Below are positions 20,300 through 29,718 of a stretch of DNA of 58,253 bases, in pieces. Location: positions 1 through 58,253 of the forward strand of contig CBDBIJ010000135.1 in NCBI GenBank assembly GCA_965205655.1, given 5' to 3'. Every line of letters begins with the position of its first letter. The first letter of the stretch is position 1. The DNA comes from Candidatus Latescibacterota bacterium (GTDB lineage: Bacteria; Latescibacterota; UBA2968; UBA8231). The position numbers and the translations under genes are program-made. The notes beneath the pieces are model-generated. The model worked only from the letters and a program-made list of their open reading frames with translations, was not told the origin of the DNA and made no database searches.

Positions 20300-20461
20300 G
20301 TGCCGTGTCACGTAAGTATTCTTGTATTCGGGCGCCGATCCATCCCAACTCACTGCGTTGCACTCGCTCGGCGTATTCCACCAATACGCCTCGCTCGCGC
20401 GCCTTGTGAGCTGGGCGCCTCGACACCCTCATTCCACAAGCCTACTTCCGTGACGCGGCAC
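20300..20461. repeat. ~160-bp MITE-like palindromic element
   Basis: 19-bp terminal IRs (20300-18 / 20443-61, 2 mismatches) enclosing nested stems and a GGCGTATT/AATACGCC core hairpin. Confidence 0.7.
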
Positions 20462-20465
20462 TGGT

Positions 20466-21242
20466 TCATCGGCGGGCCACGTACAGTGTGTTCTCAATCG
20501 GTACCCGGCGCACGTCCGAATAGTCGATGTAGCTACCAACCTGCTCATCGTCGCGCAGCACCGGCGTCGGAGCCCGCAGGACGAACTCGGCCACGTCAGC
20601 GGCGTTGAAGCAAACGAAGGCGAAGTGGAGCTTTCTGATCTCGCTGTCCTCGGCCGAGTCGAGGTCCGGGTAAATGAGAGGGCCGGTGTCGACCTGCATG
20701 CGTTTGCGCTCGAGCTGCACATTCATGGTCCGAATCGGATACTCGATGACAGCGCTGGTCTTGCCGTCGGCGCTGAAGACCTCGGTGCGCGCCACAATCG
20801 GGAGGAACTCCATCGTCGCCTCGACTACCTGCGCGTCGTTATCCAGTTTCTCGACTTTTGCGTGGCTCGTGGCCACAGTCCGGAGTCCCAGGAACCGCTC
20901 CGCGATCGAGCGCGGTACCCGCCAGTCGCCGCCGAACTCGTTCATCTCGCCCGCTCGCACATGCCCGGCCATCCATTCAGTGTCGGAGTAGATGCCGGCA
21001 AATTCGAAGTTGGGCTGCTGCCACAGAGCGTCTGAGCGGTACATCCATTCAGTGCGGCAGGGCGATATCAGGTTATACTCGCGCGTCTCGCCGGACCCAT
21101 CCGCAATCCAGCATCGCGAGTCGAGGAGGATCCGCACGGTGTTGTCCCAGGGCATATGTCCCGGTTTGCGGGTGTCGTTCGGGTTGGACTTGCTCGTCCA
21201 GGTGACGTATGAGTTGCCATAGTCGGTTATCTGAGGAGCCAT
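20466..21242 (-). CDS. Hypothetical protein
   Basis: Start MAPQITDYGNSY with AAGGA RBS; 258-aa coding-like ORF; no family recognised. Confidence 0.75.
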   Translation of the reverse strand: MAPQITDYGNSYVTWTSKSNPNDTRKPGHMPWDNTVRILLDSRCWIADGSGETREYNLISPCRTEWMYRSDALWQQPNFEFAGIYSDTEWMAGHVRAGEMNEFGGDWRVPRSIAERFLGLRTVATSHAKVEKLDNDAQVVEATMEFLPIVARTEVFSADGKTSAVIEYPIRTMNVQLERKRMQVDTGPLIYPDLDSAEDSEIRKLHFAFVCFNAADVAEFVLRAPTPVLRDDEQVGSYIDYSDVRRVPIENTLYVARR

Positions 21243-21335
21243 ATGTTCCTTTCCCGCGATAGGTTCGTACTTGCCCGTCGTTGCGAAAGTAGCGCACCCT
21301 CTGAAAAAGTCTATTTTGGGCGCTGAGGTCAGAAG

Positions 21336-22436
21336 ATGATCACGTATCAAACGCTGGGGCTGCGTCCCTTTATCAACGCAAGCGGTACGCTCACCAGGCT
21401 CGGGGGGAGTCTGATGGGCCCTGAAGTGGTGGATGCGATGCGGGAAGCGGCCGAGGGGTACGCGGACATCGACGATCTGAACGCAAAGGCAGGGAAATAT
21501 CTGGCGGGGCGGATTGGCGTCGAGGCGGCGGCCATCTCATGCGGAGCGGCCAGCGGGATGCAGCTGTCGGCGGCAGCCTGTCTCACCGGAACCGATGCGG
21601 AACGGGTGCTGGAATTGCCGCACACGGACGGGTGGAAGAACGAGTTCGTGATCAGCCTGGTGGACAGCCACATCTACGTGCACCAGGGGATCGAGATGTG
21701 TGGGGGAAAGCTGGTGCGGGCCGGCAGCACGAGCCAGGTTACGACGGACGATCTGCTGGGGGGCATAGGGGAGAAAACGGCTGCCGTCGTTCATTTCCTC
21801 GCCAAGCAGGGCACAGAGCAACTCGAGCAGGTGATCGCAGGTGCGACCGAACGAGGTGTGCCGGTCGTCGTCGATGCCGCGGCACAACTGCCGCCACGGT
21901 CGAATCTACACGAGATCGTGGGAATGGGCGCGAGCCTGGTCGTTTTCAGCGGCGGCAAGGGGATGAGAGGACCGCAGAACAGCGGGCTGGTGCTGGGCAA
22001 GACGGAGTTCGTCGAAGCGGTGCGATTGAACGCCAGTCCCCAGAACGCCATCGGCCGCGGCATGAAGGTGGGAAAGGAGGAAATCCTGGGGTTGGTGACG
22101 GCCGTCGACCGGTTCCTGCAGGGAGACGACGAAGAGGACCGGACGACCTGGGGAGAGCGGGCGAGTCACATGTGCCAGGCGCTCCAGGGGATTGCAGGGG
22201 TTCGCGCCAGCGTCACAAACCAGGTGCTTCTCGATCCCGATTTTGCGCCGCGCGTCCTCATCGAATTGGAAGAGAGGAATCGGTACGAGCGGGTTGCGCG
22301 GGCGCTGTGGGACGGGGAACCTCCAATCGCAGTCTATGAAGATGCGAAGGGCATCGTCGTGGACGCAATGACTTTGCGGCCGGGAGAAGAAGTGGTCGTG
22401 GCAAGGCGGCTGCAGGAGGTGTTGAAGAGTGGATAG
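21336..22436 (+). CDS. SelA-like PLP-dependent enzyme (DgaE / D-glucosaminate-6-phosphate ammonia-lyase-like)
   Basis: FINASGTLTRLGGS, VVDAAAQLPP, FSGGKGMRGPQNSG, IGRGMKVGKEE. Confidence 0.88.
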   Translation: MITYQTLGLRPFINASGTLTRLGGSLMGPEVVDAMREAAEGYADIDDLNAKAGKYLAGRIGVEAAAISCGAASGMQLSAAACLTGTDAERVLELPHTDGWKNEFVISLVDSHIYVHQGIEMCGGKLVRAGSTSQVTTDDLLGGIGEKTAAVVHFLAKQGTEQLEQVIAGATERGVPVVVDAAAQLPPRSNLHEIVGMGASLVVFSGGKGMRGPQNSGLVLGKTEFVEAVRLNASPQNAIGRGMKVGKEEILGLVTAVDRFLQGDDEEDRTTWGERASHMCQALQGIAGVRASVTNQVLLDPDFAPRVLIELEERNRYERVARALWDGEPPIAVYEDAKGIVVDAMTLRPGEEVVVARRLQEVLKSG

Positions 22437-23439
22437 GAAGATGCGAGCCGGGGTGATAGGTGTCGGCGCATTCGGCAGCCTCCACGCCAGGGTTTACTCA
22501 GAGTTGGAATCGGCCGAGCTGGTCGCGGTGGCCGACGTCAACGAGGAGTGCTTGAGCTCGGTGACGGCGAGGCTGGGGGTAGAAGGGTATGGCGATTACA
22601 ATCAGCTCCTCGAGCGGGACGATATCGATATCGTCAACATCTGCACGACGGACAAGCTGCATCTGGAGCCGGTGACGGCAGCGGCCAGAGCGGGAAAGCA
22701 CGTTCTCGTGGAAAAACCTCTGGCCTCTTCGGTAGAAGACTGTGATACAATGATTCAGGCGGCCTCTTCTGCGGGCGTGAAGTTGATGGTCGGGCAGATT
22801 CTGCGATTCGATCCCAGGTATCACGAAACCTACAGGGCGATCGAGCAGGGGCAGATCGGTGATCTCGTGCACGTGTACACCCGGCGAAGCAACGGCGTAT
22901 CCAGCGCCAGGGGCCGTGCGGACAAGACATCGGTGCTTTTCTTTCTGGGAATCCACGATATCTACTTCGTAAATTGGTGCGCCCGCTCCGAAGTCGAGGT
23001 AGCCTACGGTCTGTCGAACACGAAAGTCCTTGAAGAGTTCGACACGCCCGATTCGACTCTGGCGCTGCTGAAGTACAAGAGCGGGATGATCGCTTCTCTG
23101 GAGTTTTCGTGGATCCTTCCCGCCTCGTTCCCGGTCAGAATCGAAGCGCGCTTCCAAGCGGTCGGAACCGAAGGGGTGATCAATCTGGACGGAGGGAGCC
23201 GAAGCGTCGAGGTGTTCGAGTCGACGCGCGCCAGTGCTCCCGAAACGTTCTATGCTCCCGATGTGGAGGGTACCGCAGTCGGAATACTGAGAGATGAGAT
23301 ATCCCACTTTGTGGACTGTGTCCGCTTCGACAGGGCACCGGCCGTCAGCGGCGAGGATGGCAGAGAAGCCGTGCGCGTGGCCTGCGCGATTGCCGAATCC
23401 ACGGAGTGCGGTCGACCGATCACCCTGGGAGCCCGCTAG
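22429..23439 (+). CDS. Gfo/Idh/MocA family oxidoreductase
   Basis: GVIGVGAFG, HVLVEKP, RFDP, GIHD. Confidence 0.93.
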   Translation: MDRKMRAGVIGVGAFGSLHARVYSELESAELVAVADVNEECLSSVTARLGVEGYGDYNQLLERDDIDIVNICTTDKLHLEPVTAAARAGKHVLVEKPLASSVEDCDTMIQAASSAGVKLMVGQILRFDPRYHETYRAIEQGQIGDLVHVYTRRSNGVSSARGRADKTSVLFFLGIHDIYFVNWCARSEVEVAYGLSNTKVLEEFDTPDSTLALLKYKSGMIASLEFSWILPASFPVRIEARFQAVGTEGVINLDGGSRSVEVFESTRASAPETFYAPDVEGTAVGILRDEISHFVDCVRFDRAPAVSGEDGREAVRVACAIAESTECGRPITLGAR

Positions 23440-23478
23440 CATTCAGCAGCTTCCGTAACTGTAACCGGGGGACGTCTG

Positions 23479-24423
23479 ATGTCGAATTACCAGTTCAAGC
23501 TGGGTATGTACCTCCCCGAACTGGGTATGCCCTTTGATCAAGCTCTGGCTACTGCGAGGGATATCGGTGCCGAGTATGTCTGGTTCCCTCGGGTTGCCGG
23601 CGAAGCCCCGATCGCAGAGATGAGCGATGCCGAAGTGGATGGCATGGCCGCGCGCGTCGCCGAGCACGACCTCAAGCTGCACCTCATCGCGGCGGAGAAC
23701 TCATTCAAGAAGATCCATCTGACCGACCTCGACCTGGAGAAAATTGAGGATCATCCTGAATTCCGCCGCGACTTTGATAACCTGGTAAGGGCAATGCAGA
23801 TCGCCGCCCGCCTGGGTGTGAAAACGGTCTGTTCCTTTAGCTTCGCCTGGCCGGGCGAGTACGGTGGCGGCAAACCCACCTGGCCGATGCGCTGGCGTAC
23901 CCGCGGGGGCGTCATTGCCGATACAGACATGGACAAACTCGTGAAGGCGTTTTCGCTCGTCGCCGAGCAGGCCGAGCACTACGATGTCGACGTTGCCCTC
24001 TCGATGATGCCGTGGAACTACACCAATACGACCGGCAACTTCCGGCGCCTGGCCGAACGCCTCGGGTCCAAAAGGATCAAGGTCATGTGGGGCCCAGGCG
24101 ACAACCTCAACTGCGGAGAGGCGGATGTGGCCACGGCCGGTTTCCAAAATGTGCGACCCTACCTGCACGGACTGCACATGAAAGACGTGCACGTGATTGA
24201 CGGGGAGCGGCTCGAGTTCGAGTACCGCCCCATCGGCAGCGGCGATGTGGATTTGCGGACCGTACTGCGTCAACTGCGGGCGCACCGAGCCGATGCCGTG
24301 CTGGCGGTGGCGACACACTTCCGGCCGCCCAGCGGTTCGCAGGAGGAGGCAATGCGCACGAACTATGCCCGGCTCAAGCAACTCATCGACGAAGTGGAGT
24401 CCGAAGTGGAGTCTGAAGAATAA
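23479..24423 (+). CDS. Sugar phosphate isomerase/epimerase (xylose-isomerase-like TIM barrel)
   Basis: WGPGDN, LHMKD, PIGSGDVD, VATH. Confidence 0.82.
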   Translation: MSNYQFKLGMYLPELGMPFDQALATARDIGAEYVWFPRVAGEAPIAEMSDAEVDGMAARVAEHDLKLHLIAAENSFKKIHLTDLDLEKIEDHPEFRRDFDNLVRAMQIAARLGVKTVCSFSFAWPGEYGGGKPTWPMRWRTRGGVIADTDMDKLVKAFSLVAEQAEHYDVDVALSMMPWNYTNTTGNFRRLAERLGSKRIKVMWGPGDNLNCGEADVATAGFQNVRPYLHGLHMKDVHVIDGERLEFEYRPIGSGDVDLRTVLRQLRAHRADAVLAVATHFRPPSGSQEEAMRTNYARLKQLIDEVESEVESEE

Positions 24424-24429
24424 GGAGAT

Positions 24430-25464
24430 ATGCCGATGGCAGAACCACTAAACGTCGCCGCTATTGGCTGCGGAGGTATCAGCGGCGCCCACCTGCCGCG
24501 AGTCCACGAATTGCCTGAAATGCACCTGGTCGCCACCATGGATGTCGTCGATGAGGCCGCCCAGCGCCGGGCAGAAGAGTACGACGCATCGTATCACACG
24601 ACTGACCTGGATCGCATCCTGGCGGATGACTCCATCGACGCAGTGCTTATCTTCTCGACTCACGATACCCACGCCGAGATCGCCATCCAGGCCTGCGCGG
24701 CAGGCAAGCACGTCTACGCCGAAAAACCGCTGGCGATAACTCTCGACGAAGCCCGGCGTCTGCAACAGGCAGTCCACGAGTCGGGGATACGCCTGATGGG
24801 CGGCTGGTGGTTCAAACACTCGCCGATTACCAAACGTCTGCGCGAGGTGATCAAGCAGCCCTACTTCGTTATTTTTTCTTGCCGCCTTTCAAGCACCCGC
24901 TATGAGAACGCCAAGCCGAACGATCCGGATGGGCCCCTGGGCCGCAACGGCATTCTCGACGCGGCGGGCTACAACCTCCATTGGATCTGGCACGTCATGC
25001 GCTCCCAGCCAGTGGAGATTGAGGCAATGGGCTACGACGGTCAGCCGACCAACACCAGCACCATCAACATCCGATTCGCCAATGGGGGGATTGCCACCTC
25101 CATCTACAGCGTGGTCGGCGCCGGCGGATACCTGCCAAAGCACTACGCCGAGGTGCTGGCCGGGCCCATCAGCGCCGCGACAGTCCGCTTCGGCAACCTG
25201 ATCTTTCAGGGAACGGACGAGCCCGGTATCGAAGACAACTACTACCACAACGGGTTCGATGAAGAGATGAGCATGTTCGCGAACTTCTGCCTCGAGGGCG
25301 GTCCGAGCCCGATGGACGTGTGGGAGGCGAGCATCCCGACGCTCATCGTCGAGAAGGCCATCGAAGCGATGCGGACTCATCAACCAGCGGTCATCAATCT
25401 GGACGAAGACTTCTACTTGCCCGACGGCAAGCTTCCGGCCAGCATCGAACATTTCGGCGACTAA
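24430..25464 (+). CDS. Gfo/Idh/MocA family oxidoreductase
   Basis: AIGCGGIS, GKHVYAEKP; AAGGAG RBS. Confidence 0.92.
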   Translation: MPMAEPLNVAAIGCGGISGAHLPRVHELPEMHLVATMDVVDEAAQRRAEEYDASYHTTDLDRILADDSIDAVLIFSTHDTHAEIAIQACAAGKHVYAEKPLAITLDEARRLQQAVHESGIRLMGGWWFKHSPITKRLREVIKQPYFVIFSCRLSSTRYENAKPNDPDGPLGRNGILDAAGYNLHWIWHVMRSQPVEIEAMGYDGQPTNTSTINIRFANGGIATSIYSVVGAGGYLPKHYAEVLAGPISAATVRFGNLIFQGTDEPGIEDNYYHNGFDEEMSMFANFCLEGGPSPMDVWEASIPTLIVEKAIEAMRTHQPAVINLDEDFYLPDGKLPASIEHFGD

Positions 25465-25499
25465 CAGGGTGGAGCCTGTCTAACCGTGGATAGAGCCTA

Positions 25500-26651
25500 A
25501 TGAACTCGAGACTCAAAGTCGGCTTTGTCGGCAAGCGCGGCGAAGGGGCGCTCCAATGTTTCAGGGTGATGCCGGAGGCGGAGGTAGTCGCCTTTTGCAC
25601 TCGCCACGAGGAGACCGTGCGCCCCATCGTCGACAAGTACGACATCCCCCACGCCTACACCCGCTACGAGGACCTGCTGGCAAGCGACGTGGACCTCATT
25701 TTTGTCGGGTCGCCATTGCCGGAACACGTCGGCCAGTCGATCGCCGCGTTGGAGGCCGGCAAACACGTGCTCTGCGAGATTCCGGCTGCCGCGACTCTGG
25801 AGGAGTGCTGGCAGCTCCTGGAAGCCGTCAAGACATCCGACCGCAAGTACATGCTCGCCGAGAACTACGTGTACGTGCGCGAACACGTGCTCGTACGCGA
25901 GCTCGTGCGCGAGGGCTTTTTCGGCGAAATCCACTACGCCGAGGGAGAGTACGTCCACGATATGAAGCACCACCTCTTCAACGCCGAGGGTGAGCCTACC
26001 TGGCACAACACCCATCTGGCAGGGCGGAAAGGGGCCACCTACGCCACCCACGCGCTGGGTCCCGTGTTGAACTGGTTCGGGGAGCGCGTGGCCACAGTCT
26101 CCTGCTTCGGGTCCGGCAACCGTACCGCCCCCGAGCACGTAATGGATGACAGCGTTCTGTTGATCTGCCAAACACCGAGCGGCAAGCTGATCAAAATTCG
26201 CAACGATGTGCTCACCAGCTGCCCACCTCGCAAGTACTACGGTCTACAGGGGACGAAGGGAGTCTACGAGGGCAACCGTCGCACGATCTGGGCGGGGAAT
26301 GGCAGCGTCAAGAACTACAACCGCGGCGAGGGGGAGGGAGTCGTAGACGAATTTCATCAGGTCTGGTTCGCCGATGTCCACGGCAGCCCGCCCCGCTTTC
26401 ATCCTCTAATGGATTTCGAGCAGCACCTGCCCGAGCCGATGCACAATCCGCCCCCCGAGGGGCATCACGCCGGCCATGCGGGGGGCGACTACTGGCAGGT
26501 GCGCGCCTTTCTCGATGCCATCATCAACGATGAGACCCCGCCACTCGATATCTACACGGGTCTGGAGATAACGGCCCCCGGTATTTGCGGGGGAATCTCG
26601 ATAGAAAAGGGTGGTGTCCCCGTGGAGGTGCCCAACTTCCGCGAGGCGTAG
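25500..26651 (+). CDS. Gfo/Idh/MocA family oxidoreductase
   Basis: GKHVLCEIP, YMLAENY, YAEGEYVHD, YATHALGP, GHAGGD. Confidence 0.92.
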   Translation: MNSRLKVGFVGKRGEGALQCFRVMPEAEVVAFCTRHEETVRPIVDKYDIPHAYTRYEDLLASDVDLIFVGSPLPEHVGQSIAALEAGKHVLCEIPAAATLEECWQLLEAVKTSDRKYMLAENYVYVREHVLVRELVREGFFGEIHYAEGEYVHDMKHHLFNAEGEPTWHNTHLAGRKGATYATHALGPVLNWFGERVATVSCFGSGNRTAPEHVMDDSVLLICQTPSGKLIKIRNDVLTSCPPRKYYGLQGTKGVYEGNRRTIWAGNGSVKNYNRGEGEGVVDEFHQVWFADVHGSPPRFHPLMDFEQHLPEPMHNPPPEGHHAGHAGGDYWQVRAFLDAIINDETPPLDIYTGLEITAPGICGGISIEKGGVPVEVPNFREA

Positions 26652-26694
26652 TTCGATCCGGGACCGATCCGTTGCCTACGGGCTGTGGCTTCCC

Positions 26695-28188
26695 TCAATT
26701 CCGGGGTCTGGGTGGCTGCGGCAACTGCGAGTAATCGAACTGGTTGTATCCGGCAGGTGCGGAAAAGTGGTTTACCGGATGGGGAATGACATAGGGGGAG
26801 CCAACGCGAAGCATTAGCCTCTGCCGGGCCAGTTTTTCTGCGGCGGCCTTGTATTCCTCAGCGTCCCAGCGCTCTTCGATCCGCGCCAATAGTGAATCGA
26901 CCACCTCCTTGCAGGATGGATCCCCGGCGCGATCGTGCATCTCTTCCGGGTCCTCCTCCATGTCAAAGAGCTGACACGAGCGGAATTCGTGGTAGTAGTT
27001 GAGTTTCCATCGACCGCTGCGAATCATGTAGCTCACATGGTCGCCGCGTAGGCCGCTGTATTCGCAATAGACCTCGTTGGGCCAATCCGCCACTTCGGCT
27101 CCTCTCTCGAGAAACCAGAGAAGAGAGCGGCCCTCCACGTCGGGCAGAGGTTCGGCGCCGACCATGTCCAGCAGAGTAGGACCCACGTCGATGAGGCTGG
27201 CCAGTGAATCTTCCGTGGCGCCCTCGGGGAAACGCCCGGGGTAGGATATCACCAGGGGAGCGCGGCTGGAACCGTCATAGAAGTTGCTCTTCCACCACAT
27301 GCCGTGCTCGCAGGCCATGTCGCCATGGTCGGAGGTGTAGACGATGGCTGTTTGATCGGCCTGGGGGGAGTTTTCGATGGCCTCCACGATTTTGCCCACA
27401 TTGCCGTCCAGTTCGGTCACCAGACCGTAGTAGGCTGCCAGTCCGCGCTGATTCTGCACCGGGGTGAGCTCGTCCATGCCGCGACGCTCGCGCCAGTTCT
27501 TCATAGCGGGATGCAGGTTGTCCAGGTACTCCCGTGACATCGGCTGCGGCGGGTCAATGCGCTCCATGTAGTACTCGAAGAGGTCCCTGGAGCATATGAG
27601 CGGGCAGTGGGGCAACATCAGTCCCACAACCAGGCAGTATGGCTGCGGGGATGAAGCGCGGGCGGTGATGAAGGAGCAGGCGCTGTCAGTCACGCTCTGG
27701 TCGAATAGCTGATTTCCCTGTCTGCCGTAGCCGGACACCTCCACCGCATAGCGCGTTTGGCCAGAGGTCTTGTTGAAGCCGCTGCCCAGAAGCTCGGGCG
27801 TTAGCACGTTACGGACCGGTATACAATCGCCGTGAGGCCGCTCGCGAAAGCCGTGGAACTGGTCCGGACCCCACCACCAGCCCATGCGGCCACAGAGTGC
27901 GGTGTGGTAGCCAGCCCGGCTGAGACTGTGAGCGAACGTCGGTACAAAGGACGAGAGTTCTTCGCCGTCGAAAATACCGAGTTGGCTGGGATACTGAGCG
28001 GTGAGAAACCCGGCCCTGGAGGGGCCGCACAGCGGAAAGGGGCAGTAGGTGTTCGTGAAGCGCGTCCCCTGCCCGGCGAGAGCGTCGAGTGCCGGGGTCT
28101 GGATAGTCGAATTACCAGCACAACCCATTATCGTGGAGTTGTGCTCATCGGACATGATCATGACGATATTGGGTCGATTGCTCTTCAC
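26695..28188 (-). CDS. Cys-type (FGly) sulfatase
   Basis: GTG start (VKSNRPNIVMIMSDEH) with AAGGA RBS; CGPSR, LPHCP, YTSDHGD, GMWWK. Confidence 0.93.
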   Translation of the reverse strand: MKSNRPNIVMIMSDEHNSTIMGCAGNSTIQTPALDALAGQGTRFTNTYCPFPLCGPSRAGFLTAQYPSQLGIFDGEELSSFVPTFAHSLSRAGYHTALCGRMGWWWGPDQFHGFRERPHGDCIPVRNVLTPELLGSGFNKTSGQTRYAVEVSGYGRQGNQLFDQSVTDSACSFITARASSPQPYCLVVGLMLPHCPLICSRDLFEYYMERIDPPQPMSREYLDNLHPAMKNWRERRGMDELTPVQNQRGLAAYYGLVTELDGNVGKIVEAIENSPQADQTAIVYTSDHGDMACEHGMWWKSNFYDGSSRAPLVISYPGRFPEGATEDSLASLIDVGPTLLDMVGAEPLPDVEGRSLLWFLERGAEVADWPNEVYCEYSGLRGDHVSYMIRSGRWKLNYYHEFRSCQLFDMEEDPEEMHDRAGDPSCKEVVDSLLARIEERWDAEEYKAAAEKLARQRLMLRVGSPYVIPHPVNHFSAPAGYNQFDYSQLPQPPRPRN

Positions 28189-28352
28189 ACTCTCTTTCCT
28201 TATTCGAGGGCCACCGGGCGGCGTGGAATGTAGTGCGCATCGGCGAATGGCGCACGTCAAACACTCGACGACGGTGCATTGATCGCTCGACACCGTACGA
28301 ACCTTCCGTATACTATCAAGCCGACTTTCCCCAGGATGCATTGAGGGCCGCC

Positions 28353-29696
28353 ATGCGCTGTTTCGATGACGCTACCATGTCTGAGTTCGTAACTCGGGGA
28401 TTCGTCAGTTTCGAGCCCGAACTCCCGGCGGACTTTCACGACTTCATCCATCGACAGACCCGATCGGCGTTTACCTCGGGGAATCCGGGCAACAACATCC
28501 TTCCCCTCATCCCAGAGCTCACGACGGTTCTCGAAGAGCCCCGCGTTCGAGGCGCTCTGTCCAGCATCCTCGGCCCCGACTACGCCATGCATCCTCACCG
28601 ACACTGCCACGTGAACTCGTCCGGGAGTGAAGGACAGAGGCTGCACAAGGATGCCTTTTCCGTGCGCTTCCACCGCGCTCAGGATGCCCTCGTATTCTAC
28701 TATCCGCACGACGTGACCGCGGAAATGGGACCCACGGCCGTCGTTCCCGGCAGTCACTACCACGGCAAGCAACTCGACGAGGAAATGCCGGCGGAGAAAA
28801 CGCTGTGCGGCAAAGCGGGAACCGTTGCGGTCGTGCACTACGATTTATGGCACAGAAGAACAGCTAATCGCAGCTCTGCAGACCGGTACATGATAAAATT
28901 CCTGTTCACCAGGATGTCGCAGCCACGCGCACCGAGCTGGAATTCGAAAGGCGAAGCGCTGCCGACCGACAGCTCAGTCTGGTGGCCTCTCTATTCTACT
29001 ATATGGGACTGGAACGCTGGTCGGTCGCCAAAGCCGCAGATCGATACAGACGACGACATCCAGCCGCTGATCGAGCAGCTGGGCGATGTCTCGGAATCGG
29101 TTCGGCTGCAGGCGGCATACAGGCTCGGTCGCAGGGGAGGCGAAGCGGCGCTCGCGGCGCTGGCAGACAAACTGCTCTCCGCCGACGAGGAGGTTCGACA
29201 CGCAGCCAGCTACGCCCTGAGCGCAATTGGCCCTGCGGCGGTGGAAACAGCCATGACGGCATTGGACCAGCCACGCTCGGCCGACCGCTCGATCGCCATC
29301 GAGGTGCTCGGGAATATCGGCGAAGCGGCTGCGGTAGCGGTTCCCGCCCTGGCCCGTCTTCTGTCCGCGGGTTCATCTGACGAGCGTAGCCGTGCGGCCG
29401 TCTCGCTGGGCAAGATGAAAGGCAGTGTACCGGAGGGCTTGCAGGCACTGATCGAAGCGCTGCGCACGGACGAAGATGACAATGTCAGAGGCTGCGCCGC
29501 CCTGGCCCTGGCACGCCTCGCGCCGGGCGCACCCGAGGCGACGGCGGCGCTCGAAAGTGCCTTGCAGGACACCAGCTGGTACGTGAGGGGAACGGCCCTG
29601 GAAGGGCTCGAACGGATTGGCACAGCCGATGCCAGGGGTGCGCTCGTGGCGCATCTGCGGGCGTCCAGATGGTGCCCCATTGCCGCGAGGGGCTAA
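28353..29696 (+). CDS. PhyH-family dioxygenase fused to HEAT repeats
   Basis: N-half LHKD, GPTAVVPGSH, LWHR; C-half several VRxxAAxALG HEAT-like units. Confidence 0.88.
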   Translation: MRCFDDATMSEFVTRGFVSFEPELPADFHDFIHRQTRSAFTSGNPGNNILPLIPELTTVLEEPRVRGALSSILGPDYAMHPHRHCHVNSSGSEGQRLHKDAFSVRFHRAQDALVFYYPHDVTAEMGPTAVVPGSHYHGKQLDEEMPAEKTLCGKAGTVAVVHYDLWHRRTANRSSADRYMIKFLFTRMSQPRAPSWNSKGEALPTDSSVWWPLYSTIWDWNAGRSPKPQIDTDDDIQPLIEQLGDVSESVRLQAAYRLGRRGGEAALAALADKLLSADEEVRHAASYALSAIGPAAVETAMTALDQPRSADRSIAIEVLGNIGEAAAVAVPALARLLSAGSSDERSRAAVSLGKMKGSVPEGLQALIEALRTDEDDNVRGCAALALARLAPGAPEATAALESALQDTSWYVRGTALEGLERIGTADARGALVAHLRASRWCPIAARG

Positions 29697-29718
29697 AGCG
29701 ACCCGGGAAGACGCGAGT

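Noticed and set aside
20284..20465. Fluoride riboswitch upstream of the dehalogenase-like gene
   Set aside because: I could not find the GGCGAUGG...CUGAUG consensus; the region is better explained as a terminal-IR hairpin element.
21336..22436. Selenocysteine synthase selA
   Set aside because: At 366 aa it is shorter than true SelA, its motifs fit the DgaE-like subfamily, and no selB/selC/selD is nearby.
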